NCBI GenBank assembly: GCA_036867785.1
Contig: CP145412.1
Coordinates: 620,001-684,000 of the forward strand
Reading direction: 5' to 3'
Length of the DNA stretch: 64,000 bases
Origin: Plasmodiophora brassicae
Lineage: Eukaryota
Part shown: positions 13,430 through 24,800 of the stretch, in pieces
Numbering within the stretch: the first letter of the stretch is position 1
Layout of the letters: every line of letters starts with the position of its first letter
Made by a program: the position numbers and the translations under genes
The notes under the pieces: model-generated
Told to the model about the DNA's origin: nothing
Databases searched by the model: none
The model's input: only the letters and a program-made list of their open reading frames with translations

Positions 13430-13856
13430 TGTCGCTATCGACGGCCGTCCATGCACCGCCTACAATTCCCAAATTGGACACGCGAGACGAATCCGACGCC
13501 GTTGCCCTCAGGCCCGTTTCCCGAAATGGGCAATAGCCAGAGCCTCCCGGGTGGCCAGATCCTCTCAGTGGAGCCTAAAATTCTACGGACCTGATCCAGA
13601 ACGGGTCGTGCACGATACACCCACTCCGATGTAGAAAGTGACACCATACTTCAAGGTAACGCGTGAATTGACATGGGTGGGCCTCCCTCCGCATTCACAA
13701 CTTTCCGTCTCGTCGGACGGATACCGCTAAACAATACAAGTTGTGTGGTGCCATCGGTACACGCTAACGATCTTGGAGAATCTTGGTGTTTCTGCCGACG
13801 TCTCTTCGTCGAGGAGAAGGTCCGGCGGGTGAAGGGGAGCAACCGGCCAGTAGGTA

Positions 13857-15085
13857 ATGAAGCGGCCTGGAACAGCGGCGGTCGTGTCGGTGCCCGGTGC
13901 AGGCAGTGCTGTTGGCGATGTTGGCCATCGTCCAACCACGGCGGCAGGCCAGCGCCCGACGATACGCTTGTCCACCTGGGATCAGGAGCAGTTCATCAAC
14001 ATTCAGCGAACGCTGAAGTTTGTATCCGAAGGCGAAATTCTATTGTCGACACCGACTCGCCTCAAGAAACCAAAGGAGCCCGATCCCGAACCGGGTGAAG
14101 CGGCGACCCCGAATCAGCCCGACCCTGTCCATGAAATCCGCCAGCGCCTGCCCATCGTTCCGGTTAAGAATGAACTGCGGCGGTCCCGGACGATGGGGAG
14201 AATACGGAACAAGAACGCGCAGCGACATCTAATGGCCTGTCTCACCGAAGAAGGCAGACCAAAGCCGGGTGCGTTGAAACGCTGCTCGTCTTCCGTCACC
14301 TTCCTTCCTCGCCATGAATTGCACGATGCCAACTTCTACCGGTACCAAGGCGAATCCTCATGGAACAATATTTGGCGAGTACCCAAAGAGCGCCTGAAGT
14401 ACGTTGCATCGCAGAAGAAGAACCAGTGTACGCAAACCGTTTCGCGTGTTGAACTTTCGCCCCGTGCTGATGGAGTCGTGGTACAGACGCCATTGAGAGC
14501 ATCGAGGCCGCGTTCAGGAAAGAATTTAACCAAGACGAAGAGTCGATGCGCATGCGCAAAGAGCGTCATGACCAGATCCTGGCGACATTCCGCGTTCAGC
14601 GACTGAGGAATTACGCGCGAGAAATTCGGCATAGCGCTAGCGTTAGGCGGTCGGTATGTGCCAACATGCCGAGGCCGAAGTCCAACAAGGCTATCCACCA
14701 ATGGCATGTTAGCAACGAGCTATCGCGACCTAAGGTCAATAGGAACCATCCTGAGCGTGCCATCGGCGCCAGGGACATGTCCGAGTACAGAGGCCTCCTC
14801 AACGATGCTGTCTTTGGGAACGACTATGAGGTCACTAATGCTGCGTTCGCGTATGCGCACGACGTGTACGCGTCCGTCCAAGAGCAGAAACAACGTGATC
14901 TCTATGACGCGCTGTCGGGCGAATACCAAGAGCAACGGATCCCTGCGAGCCAAAGGCCAGTACCGATCAAGCGTGACCGCTTGGATTCCATAGTTCGAAG
15001 TACGAAGGAGTGCCGTCAAGAGCTTGGCGCATTCGAAACAAGGCTGGAAGCGCTCGCCAAATCGGCACTGACGGCGGACGAGTGA
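13857..15085 (+). CDS. Hypothetical basic protein, 2 exons
   Basis: ORFs 13857-14606 and 14546-15085 are joined in frame by a GTACGC...GTACAG intron near 14428-14486. Confidence 0.6.
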
Positions 15086-15203
15086 TAGCAAGTTCCGCGT
15101 AATAAACGAATTGTTGATTAGTATTACACTCCTACTACCGAAATGACCATGCGCGGCTATCGATACGACGCCAGCGGTGGGCACAGTTCAATGAGTTCCT
15201 TTA

Positions 15204-16397
15204 TCAGTCGAAAGGAAGCGGACGTCTCTGAACGCTGACGGCGCTTGGGACCGCAATCCCACAGCAAGACGGAAATTCACTTGTCGAACAGCAAGCGTCC
15301 GCCCGATGGTCAACGTTTTCATCATCGTCATGGCCGTCTTGAAAGTCGATCAAGGATCCGAACAGGAAGTGCTGCATGATGGGAAGCTTGTTCAGCACTT
15401 CCGCCATGTACATCTTCAACATGCCCGAGTTGACTTTGTCCCATGTCTTCACAGCGGATATGTCGTCCAGCATTGGCGAATGCCATCGCAGCGACGCGCA
15501 GGTCTTGATCGAATTGATGAATTTTATGCATGCGAAGTACAGGTAGTCATCTGCCATCTCATCGACAATATCTTTGTCGCGTATTGCTCGTGGTCGAACA
15601 AATTTGTGTCCTGCAAAGGCCTACCATAAGAGCCGGGTCCCCCATATCAAGCATTCATCGACGTACCCACAAGCTGAGAAGACCCGAACAGGAAGGGCAG
15701 AAAATGGTAATCATCAAGGCCCCAGACACCATGCGACCCAGCAGGCTCCAGCCAGTACTGAAGCTGGAGCTGACGCATCACCTCCATATATCTTTGCACA
15801 ACATCGTCAAAAATGGGTTGGGCGTCAGCAGCAGAACCTTACTTGACAAAGACAGCAAGAACCATCGCTGGGTAGTCATCCGCGCAGACGACGCCCAGCT
15901 TTTCAAGACACAGCAACCAGCACATAAAGTTGGCCTCATGCCCGGTCCCATAATCGATCCGCTGCTGATTGCCAAAGCTCTCTTTGAAGTATCCGCCGAG
16001 CTCAACGATGGCATCTGGCCCAACGCCCGCCGCCTGCATCAGCTCCTCGATGTGCGTTGACACGCGATCATAGAACGTTCGGAATGCTGGATTGCCGAAA
16101 CGCGACATTGCATTATCCACCGGCGGGATTTCATCAGTCCAGCGAAGCAGGCTGTTTAACATGCTCACAATCCTCTCGACACTCTGTAAATCCACGATCA
16201 CAGCACGAACACACGCTCTAGGTTAGCGCACATACCGGCGAGATGGGACCGACATCGGTGATTCGCTTCCCGCGAACGGCACCGTTCAGCCGCTCGATGA
16301 ACGCGACGAATTCGGCGAACGCTTGGCTGTCCCGGAAGCGTGCCAGGCTCTGCGCGCTGACGATGCGCTTGCGCGGCTCACGGAAAGCGATCGCCAT
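15204..16397 (-). CDS. PTPA: Protein phosphatase 2A activator (PTPA/Rrd2), multi-exon
   Basis: [75 protein letters not shown]. Confidence 0.96.
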
Positions 16398-16620
16398 ACG
16401 GAGCGCCTGGCCAGCCGTCAGCGGCTTTGCGGACCCGTGACACGGACACGACTCGCGATTGGCAGAATGGTGTCAGTCGTCGACCTGCCAGCGCTCCGGT
16501 TAGAGTGGACCATAGGCGGACCGAATTAAGCCAGCAGATTAGCGTGTGCAAGGAAGTCGAAGACGATGTATTCATGGGACGAGATGGACTTGAGCGTGCC
16601 GCCGGAGCCTTGTCGGGAGC

Positions 16621-17111
16621 TCATTCGGCGGCTTTGCGCGCGTGTTCATGGCTGGCCACGGGAACGCCCAGGTCACGGCGGGCAGATGACTTAGGCGGAA
16701 TCGGGGTCACACCACTGCATTCAGCGAATGCCTCGTGGCAGTGTTCGTAGCTACACTCCAGGCACGACCGCGACATCTGGTCTATCATGCACTGGATAAA
16801 GCAGTTCTTCTTCGTGCATTGGGCATCTTGTCCATAGCTATATTCAGGGTCAGATAGGGGTAGCAAAGCAGACGGGTACAGTTTGACCATTCGGCGCAGG
16901 GCTTGCTGAGGCCAGCCTCGCGTTCCATGCAGACCGTAGTACAATGCTCGTTGCCACGGCACTTGCCGCCGCACTTGGCAGTCAGCTCCTGCATCTTCTC
17001 GTGCTGCGACGTGGCATCGGCATCCTTAGGCCCAAGGCAAGCGCCCCCGTCGCCTTCAGCAGCGCCGAGCGCAAACGCAACCCCAATCAGGACAACGGCC
17101 AGCATCTCCAT
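16621..17111 (-). CDS. Small secreted cysteine-rich protein (14 Cys), 2 exons
   Basis: Signal peptide MEMLAVVLIGVAFALGAAEG. An intron (GTCAAA...AATATAG) joins KPCAE-C-YGQDAQC in frame. Confidence 0.8.
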
Positions 17112-17250
17112 AAACTACGGTGACTTCGATGGTAGAATGCCCCCCAGGCGTCGGCATGCGGCGATGCCGTAGCGGTGTCGCGGGGGTTGACCATAGCTCC
17201 AAATTTGGAGCCCCCGCCCCGTCAAAGAACAGCCGCTGTACCTACTGTCC

Positions 17251-17315
17251 GCGCCGAGATACAGGCATACAGCACGTCTGCGCCGAGATACAGGCATACA
17301 GCACGTCTGCGCCGA
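17251..17315. repeat. 29-bp tandem duplication (2 copies plus partial)
   Basis: gcgccgagatacaggcatacagcacgtct at 17251 and 17280, followed by gcgccga. Confidence 0.9.
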
Positions 17316-18068
17316 ACACAACAGTCGCCAAGAGGATGCCAGAAGCGTATGCAGGTACATGGCTTTACGGGATTTGACAACAAGTCCAGGCTCCAACTGG
17401 ACCGTCTGCCTACGTACGTACTGTAGATTTGTCGTCCGACACCACCGACAGTGTCGGTAATCGAATCCGACATCGTTGACATCGCCATTGCCGTGGGCAC
17501 TCGGTGGTTCACCTGACGCACGACTTCTGTACGACACGTATTGGCAATGCTGACCAAAATCCACGTACCACAAAGACGATCAGCACGTTGTAACGGGGCA
17601 TCATCGGGCCAAGAGTCCAAGACTTCCATATCGTTATCGTTTTTCGTCAGCGGGCAACAACACGAACTCTCCAGATGACTCCATGCGCTATAACCAATTG
17701 CGGGCGTCACGAATCCTGCTGAGAGAGCGACCGGTGGAGATGCTCTAAGCTAGTACTAGACCAGAATTCTTGGTTAGAGCAAGCCAGCTATGCCATTCGT
17801 CCAATGGTATAAAAGAACTGTCAGGTGGAAACGACTAACTCGACCAGAAGCCAACGGCCAATGCGCCCGTCCCGTGATGGCCACTCTGTTCCGTCTCCAC
17901 CGTGGCGACGGACGACTGTACACGGCGCTATTTTTAACGGGTCAGTGCGGCACGGCAGCCCCATCTGGACCGTGCGGTCGCACACGCGCAAATTATCACT
18001 GAGTCGTCGACTCGTCGTCCCGCAGTTGGCGTCCATAGATCTTGGGGAAGCAGCTGTGTCACTGCGCA

Positions 18069-19400
18069 ATGGACAGCCATGGAAGCAGGTCGCAAGACAA
18101 GGTATTGCGCGCTAAGCGGGCCAGCCTTCTGGTCGTCTTGAGCGTTATGGAGATTGGAGGGCGAGCGATGTCGACCCTCATTGCGCAGCCGTTGAAGTTC
18201 CACGTTGCAGGCGGCAACGTCCCTCTTTCGATTCCGATGATGCATTCGATGCTGGAGAGCGGCAGCTTTATTCTGTCGCTGCTCGCTTGGGTTAGCTTCA
18301 GTCTCTACAGACGAGGTCGTGTTACCATTGACAACTGGAGGTACAGAGTCAAGGTGTATGCGCTAATGGGTCTGCTGGACTGCGTTAGGTACAACCGGAA
18401 CGTCTGGTTCAATATTGTGTTTCTCACTTTGGGGATAGTGGTGTGAGCGGGTCCATCGGATTGAACATATTGCCAGCGTCTATTTTTACGCTGTTAGGGT
18501 CAACCGCTATCGTGTTTTCTATCATTCTTTCAAGGGTATTCACAAACAAGAAGGTTAGCCCTGTGCAGTTGCTTTTGAATGGGATTCATGACTAAGGCTG
18601 GAATACTCTGCTCAGTTCACTCTATGGCATTACGCCGCGGTTGTGTTGACTGTTAGCAGTGTGGTGTTTCTGTTTGCTTCCATGGACGACACCACAAGAA
18701 ACCCACGAGATGTTGTCATTTCACCAGATGCGATACTAGAACAACCTGTGTCGCAGGTTGTCGCGTTCCTGTGTTGTTTGATGAGCGCGTTTCTAATTGC
18801 ACTTATCGGTGTCCTGAACTACGTATTCTTCAAGCACGAACAGGTCAAATATGATTTAGCGATCATTCTTGAGAACAATGCAATTCAGTCGACGTTTGTG
18901 TTCGCGTTCCTGCTTCCAGTCGTACTGTCGAGCAAGGAGTTCTCGCTTTGGGGAACCGTCTACAAAAGGATCCAACTGAATGGCCAGACTCCTCTATTTA
19001 CTGGCGTCTGCGTTGGAATCTTCTTGTGTATGTTTCACAGAGCTGAACTATCTAACTGAGTTATTGACTTTTGTTTGTAGCACGCCCGTTAACGCTGTTC
19101 TCATCTGTCGCGACAACAGCCTTCTCAAGTGCTGTGTTGACGCGAGCACTTGGAGGACCCAGGCGATTAGTTGTCATGGTCATGAGCGCTCTCATCTTTG
19201 GGGATCCTATGCCGGCCTTGAAGCTCCTGTCTGCTGCCTTCATGTTCTTCTCAACCTTAATATACGTTGTAGGAGGCTACAAGCTCCAAAAACAAGAAGC
19301 ACTTCAAAAGTCTGCAACCCGAGTGGAGATGGTCAAGATAACTCCAGACGCCGGGGAACGCAGCAGCAGTACCAGTGCCAGCGTCATGACCAGACCATGA
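18069..19400 (+). CDS. DMT-superfamily transporter resembling purine permeases (PUP) / nucleotide-sugar transporters, multi-exon
   Basis: GLNILPASIFTLLGSTAIVFSIILSRVFTNKK-FTLWHYAAVVL motif and about 10 hydrophobic segments. Confidence 0.7.
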
Positions 19401-19578
19401 CACCCGTTCTCCTTTGTAATGTTATAAAAAGTATAGTCACTACAGTACGCATTGGTAGGGACTGTATGTGTCAGTAGGTACTCCTCTTCGCTATCCCCGT
19501 CGATGAGGATGCCTATGTAGTTGAGCAATCCGCGTGCTCTGCAGATGACACCTGTTGTTTCAGTGTCAGCTCCAGATG

Positions 19579-19594
19579 CCCCCCCCCCCCCCCC
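19579..19594. repeat. Poly-C homopolymer (16 nt)
   Basis: Run of C at 19579-19594, upstream of the ALDH gene. Confidence 0.9.
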
Positions 19595-19811
19595 TCCCTG
19601 CCCCGTCGACTTCTTCTGTCTTCTCTTCCAGTCGCCTTCTGCGAGTCTAAATTGGTGCACGTCGCGAGTCGCGACTGGGCGGCGTCAGTTTGGGCGCCTT
19701 TGGACGACCGGCCGCCGACATGATGTAGTCCGCACGAGTGGCCTCGGTGTGGAGACTGGGGCGTGCCGGGTTTTCACATTTTAATTGGGCCGGTTGAGAT
19801 ACGACAAGGTC

Positions 19812-21558
19812 ATGGCGATCTTTGAGGGAGCTGGGGAGGCGCGTGACAAACGCGAGACAGTGACGGTGCCACCCGAAAAGTTGGCGTACCGTGGTCGGCA
19901 GTACACCGTTCCAGTCGGCCTGTTCATTAACAACGAATTCGTTCAGTCGGTGTCTGGAAAGAAATTCCCAACAGTTAATCCGTAGGTGCCAAGCCGGAAT
20001 GTTATATACGATTCATCAAAGCTCAGACGCATCTGTTCAGTGCGACCGAAGAGCCGATTCTGGAGTTCTACGAGGGAGACGCCTCCGATGTCGATATCGC
20101 TGTTTCAGCTGCCTCCGCTGCATTTGCTGAATGGTCAAAGGTGGCTCCAGCCACGCGCGGGTTGTTGCTGGCCAAATTGGCAGATCGAATCGAGGCCAAT
20201 GCTGAAGAGCTAGCCGAACTCGAATCACTCGGGAACGGCAAACCGAAATCGGTGGCCTTGCAGGCAGACCTTCCCCTAACAGTCGCAACATTCCGCTACT
20301 ATGCTGGATGGTCAGACAAGATTGTTGGCAAAGTCGTTGACACAAGTCCAGATTTCCACACGTACACACGTCACGAGCCAATCGGGGTCGTGGGCCAGAT
20401 AATCCCTTGGAATTTCCCGCTCCTAATGCTGGTCGGTTTTCTGTTGTTAAGCATATCTCGGTGACCTGACAGCATGAGACAGGCATGGAAAATCGCTCCT
20501 GCTCTGGCATGTGGGAACACTATTGTTTTGAAGGTCGCGACCTGCTCGTACCGTGTCGGACAGAACGTGCTGATACGCCTTGTCAGACCTCCGAGAAGAC
20601 CCCGATGACAGCCTTGAAGATCGCAGAACTAATCGTTGACGTGGGGTTCGCGCCCGGGGTCGTAAATATCATTTCCGGTTATGGGCCTACTGCTGGCCAT
20701 GCAATTGCGACGCATAAAGGTGAAAACAGATTCACTGCAAGGTGAAATAACCTCTCTGACGACAGTTTGTCAGACATCCACAAAGTCGCATTTACGGGTT
20801 CAACGGCGTCAGGCAAGAAGGTCGCGGTCGCCGCCGCTGAATCGAACATGAAGAAGGTCACAATGGAGTTAGGCGGCAAGTCTCCAAACATCATCTTCCC
20901 CGATGCTGATCTTGACCAAGCGTGCCAGTCAGCGTTCATGGGCATCTTCTTCAACTGTGGCCAGTGTTGCTGTGCTGGGTCACGTGTTTTCGTCCACGAG
21001 AAGATTTACGACGCATTCATTGCGAAATTCAAGGCGCTCATGGACCGTTCCTGCGTTGGCGATCCTTTCGACAGCGACACGACGGTCGGGCCAATTGTCG
21101 ATAAGTTGCAGTTTGATCGCGTGTCGAACTACATCAAAGCGGGCATTGCTGAAGGCGCGTCCGTCGAGCATACTGCCAGTAAGCCTAGAAAGAGACGCGG
21201 TTACTTCATTGCGCCAACGCTGTTCACGAACGTCAAAGACGAGATGGGAATCGCGCAAGAGGAGATCTTTGGCCCCGTTGTCTGCGTTCTGAAGTTTTCC
21301 AGGGCGGATGAGGTAATTAAGCGTGCGAATGCAACCACCTATGGTCTCGCAGCTGCTGTCCACACGAAAGATCTGCAAACCGCGATCAAGATGACGAACG
21401 AGCTGCAGGCGGGCACGGTCTGGGTTAACTGCTACAACGTCTTCAACACGGAGATGCCATTCGGGGGATACAAGCAGAGCGGTGTCGGGCGTGAACTTGG
21501 GGAGTACGCCCTCTCCGAGTACACCCAGGTCAAGTCAGTCGTCATGAAGGTCGCCTAG
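19812..21558 (+). CDS. NAD(P)-dependent aldehyde dehydrogenase (ALDH1/2-like), multi-exon
   Basis: [74 protein letters not shown]. Confidence 0.97.
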
Positions 21559-21835
21559 GAAATTACTGTTTCGGCAACAGTACTTGACGTATAATGCACT
21601 CTTCGTCAAATCTGAACCACCTGTTAATATCGAGCGACGGCTACGTTCGAAAATCTATATGGAACTCGAGGGTGGATAGAACATAATGCATGCCGCCTAC
21701 GAGTATGACAGATCTGTCCAGAAATAGAAAAATCGAGAACTTGATCAGCGCGCGGATTGGCGATAGGCAGACAGTCCATCGGGTGCGTGTGCCTGCCACG
21801 GTGCAGCGTGCAGTCAGTCATACCTCGTCATTGCC

Positions 21836-24800
21836 ATGGCCACGGGTGCGACGTCGTCTGCCGACGACCTGGCCGAACAGTATCGCGAGAAGCTTAGGCG
21901 TCTGGTGCCGGAATGGAAGCGCCAGAAGGAGGTGATCAAGGAGCTCGAAGCGCAGCTCGACGCCGAGCGACAGCGCGCGGACGCCGACGTCGAGAAGGAG
22001 CGGTCGCGAGCAGAGGACGCAGAGGCGCAGGTCGCCGCTTTACGAGGGAAGCTGATGAAACTCGTCCCAGAATGGAAACGTCTACAAGCTGTCGAAAAGG
22101 ACCTGAATGCGAAGTTGGAACGTGCGACAGCCGCCGTCCGCGAAGAGGTTTGAACCCTCGCATAGGCGTGGTTAGTGTACTAATGCGTTCTTTGCAGAGG
22201 CGAAAATCGTCCACCTCGTCTGAACTGGCGTCTCGATCCGTCGACGAGTTCGAGCGTCTGACGTCGGAGCTCAGCGATGCGAACCGTCAGCTTGCTGATT
22301 GTGAGTCGGAGAGAAGCCAACTTCGCAAAGCATTAGACGCTGCAGATGAGGAGATTGCCGACCTTGCAGAGGAGAAGAAAGACCTTGTGCGTGCCATCGA
22401 AAAGGCGAAACACGATTTGGACATCCTTAGACAGCGAGAAGCTGAAACGCAAGATGATCTGAACCGCGCCTTGGACGATATCGATAATCTTCGACAGGCA
22501 TTGGCAGTAGCGGAATCTCGCAACGTCAGTTATTTGTTCAACACGTGCTGGCTTTGCTTGTATTGATTGCAATATGTGTTTGCACCTTAGACTACAACAG
22601 AGCCTGACTTAACTGAAACGACCATTCTCAAAAGTCAACTGGAGAAGGCAGCCGACGAGCTCGAACGCCAACAGACTCAGTTCGATGCCGCTATTCGTAA
22701 ACAGGACGAAGACAGGGATGCTTTGCAATCTGTACTGAACGAGCTCAACACTCTGCGGGCAGAGTATGCCGACCTTCAAGGCGAACGTGATGATCTTGAG
22801 GAGAAACTGAAGGTCTCGTCATCACGCGCCGATGCAGAGGTTAGTTGATTATGCTTATATCGTTCTTCATGAAATATCTGATCATAAAATGTCAGACACA
22901 GTACGGCGATTCGTCATCCGAATCTGAAGGAGCAACACAAGAGCTGGAACAACTCACACTGGAACTTCATGAAGCTCGGCAGAGAGCAAGTGATCGCGAT
23001 CTCGTGTTTTCGAAGCACCTTGAATTAGTGCAGGCGCAAGAAGAGCTAGTAGCGAATTTCGATTTCGTCCGCAAGCAGCTTGACTCCAAGAACGCTACTA
23101 TCAAAAACCTGATCGCTGAGATGGAAATACTTCGCCACAGGCAGATGCGGACAGCCTCGACGTCAGACAAAGAACTCCAACAACTTCAGATGGAAATTGC
23201 TCGGCAGTCCTCTTTAATCGACAGGTTAACTTCCCAGCTTGTTGCAGCGCATGCTGAAGTTGACAAACAGGTACGCTGTCTGTTTGATGTTGCGTGTCGA
23301 GCTAATGTATGAATCAGGGTGCCAGAGTCCAGCGGCTGCAAGCGAAACTAGATAAGGCCTCAGAGCGCCCGACCAAAGCTGAGCTCCTTAAAGCTCGACA
23401 GGAGATCAAGTCGCTTACGAGGAAATTGGAAATGAGCGAAAGCGCGCTTGCTGCACTTCGGGACGACCTGGTCGGCTGCATGCGTTGGTCACATCGATTT
23501 ATCTGACGGCTTCTGTCTGCAGCGAAATGCGACCGCGGAGGTTGAGCATGCTCGTGATCTTCGTGTGGAAATTGAGCAGCTTCGTGCGAACGCGGCAGAG
23601 TTGGAACAAGCACACGAGGATGCCATTTCCGAGATTGCAGACCAGCTGCGTCAAGCGGAGCAGGACTTCGAATCGGTCAAGTCGCAGCTGTCAGCTAGCT
23701 ACGATGCTCGCGAGACAATGGAGAGCCAACTGGTACATGTGGGGCAGGGTTGGAAGGATATGTCGCTGATTTAAAATGCAGGATGCTCTGAAACAAGAAT
23801 CGGCGTCCACTGTGACCCAACTAAACGCTCAGATAGACGAACTGCGAACACAGTACAATGTTGTCGAAGCTGCTCGAAGCGCCCTTGTTGCCGATGGTGA
23901 TGCCCTCGATAAAGAGAATCAAGATCTTCAAGAAGAAGTACAACGGCTGAAGGAGGAACTGAGCCGCTTGGTTTCCGAAAACGTCAGGATGCCTCCCCAA
24001 ATGCCATCGTTTGTCTAACTGGAAATTGCAGGAATATGAGCGCAGACAGTCTGAAGAATTCCAGTCACAAGTTCCCGATCTTATGAACTCACAGGACGAA
24101 GGCCCTTTGCTCGTGAATAATACTGCTCCTGAAATCGAGGAGCTGCGCGCTTGCAACGTCGAGCTGCAGCGGGAGCTCGATTCTGTAAGAGCTGAACTCG
24201 AGAATCTAGATCGCCAAGAGGAAGTACATCGTCTTCAAGAGGAACTCAGTCGTTTGTTCTCCGAAAATGTCAGAGGGCTTTCCGGATGTCGTATTTTTCC
24301 TAATAGCGAATTATAGGAGGATGAGCGAAGTAAAGTTGAGCAGCTACAGGCGCGAATCGACGAGCTTGAGAATTCTCAGAGCAAGACCTCATTGTTTTTG
24401 AAGGGCGATTCTCCTGAGGTCGAGGAGTTGCGATCTCGCTTGTTTGAGTTACAGCAAGAACTGGATTCTGCAAGAACTGAAGCTCAGACTCGAGTCGAGT
24501 TGCTGGAGGTACGTACGCTCTCTCATGTAGTTGGAGTTAAGGTTGATGTTATATGCAGAATCAATTACAAGAAGCTGAGGAACGACGTGTTGAATTGTTA
24601 CTGGAGATCAACGTTCTCAAAGAGCACACCGCCAGTCCTCAAGAAGAATCAGCTGGAAACCTCAATGGAAACATCAAAGCTGTGCCGAATGGGGAGGTGC
24701 CCGATGCGAAGTTGCGCGATTCATTTTCCCATGTCACGTCATTCGAGGTAGGACTTTATGTGTACGAACACGATGATAATGTTCCTGCGATAATTGGTGG

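Noticed and set aside
17251-17315. Possible CRISPR-like repeat
   Set aside because: Only two adjacent copies with no spacer, no cas genes, and a eukaryotic context.
19304-19660. Minus-strand ORF containing poly-Gly
   Set aside because: The Gly run derives from the poly-C tract, the ORF overlaps the 3' end of the transporter gene, and no motif is recognisable.
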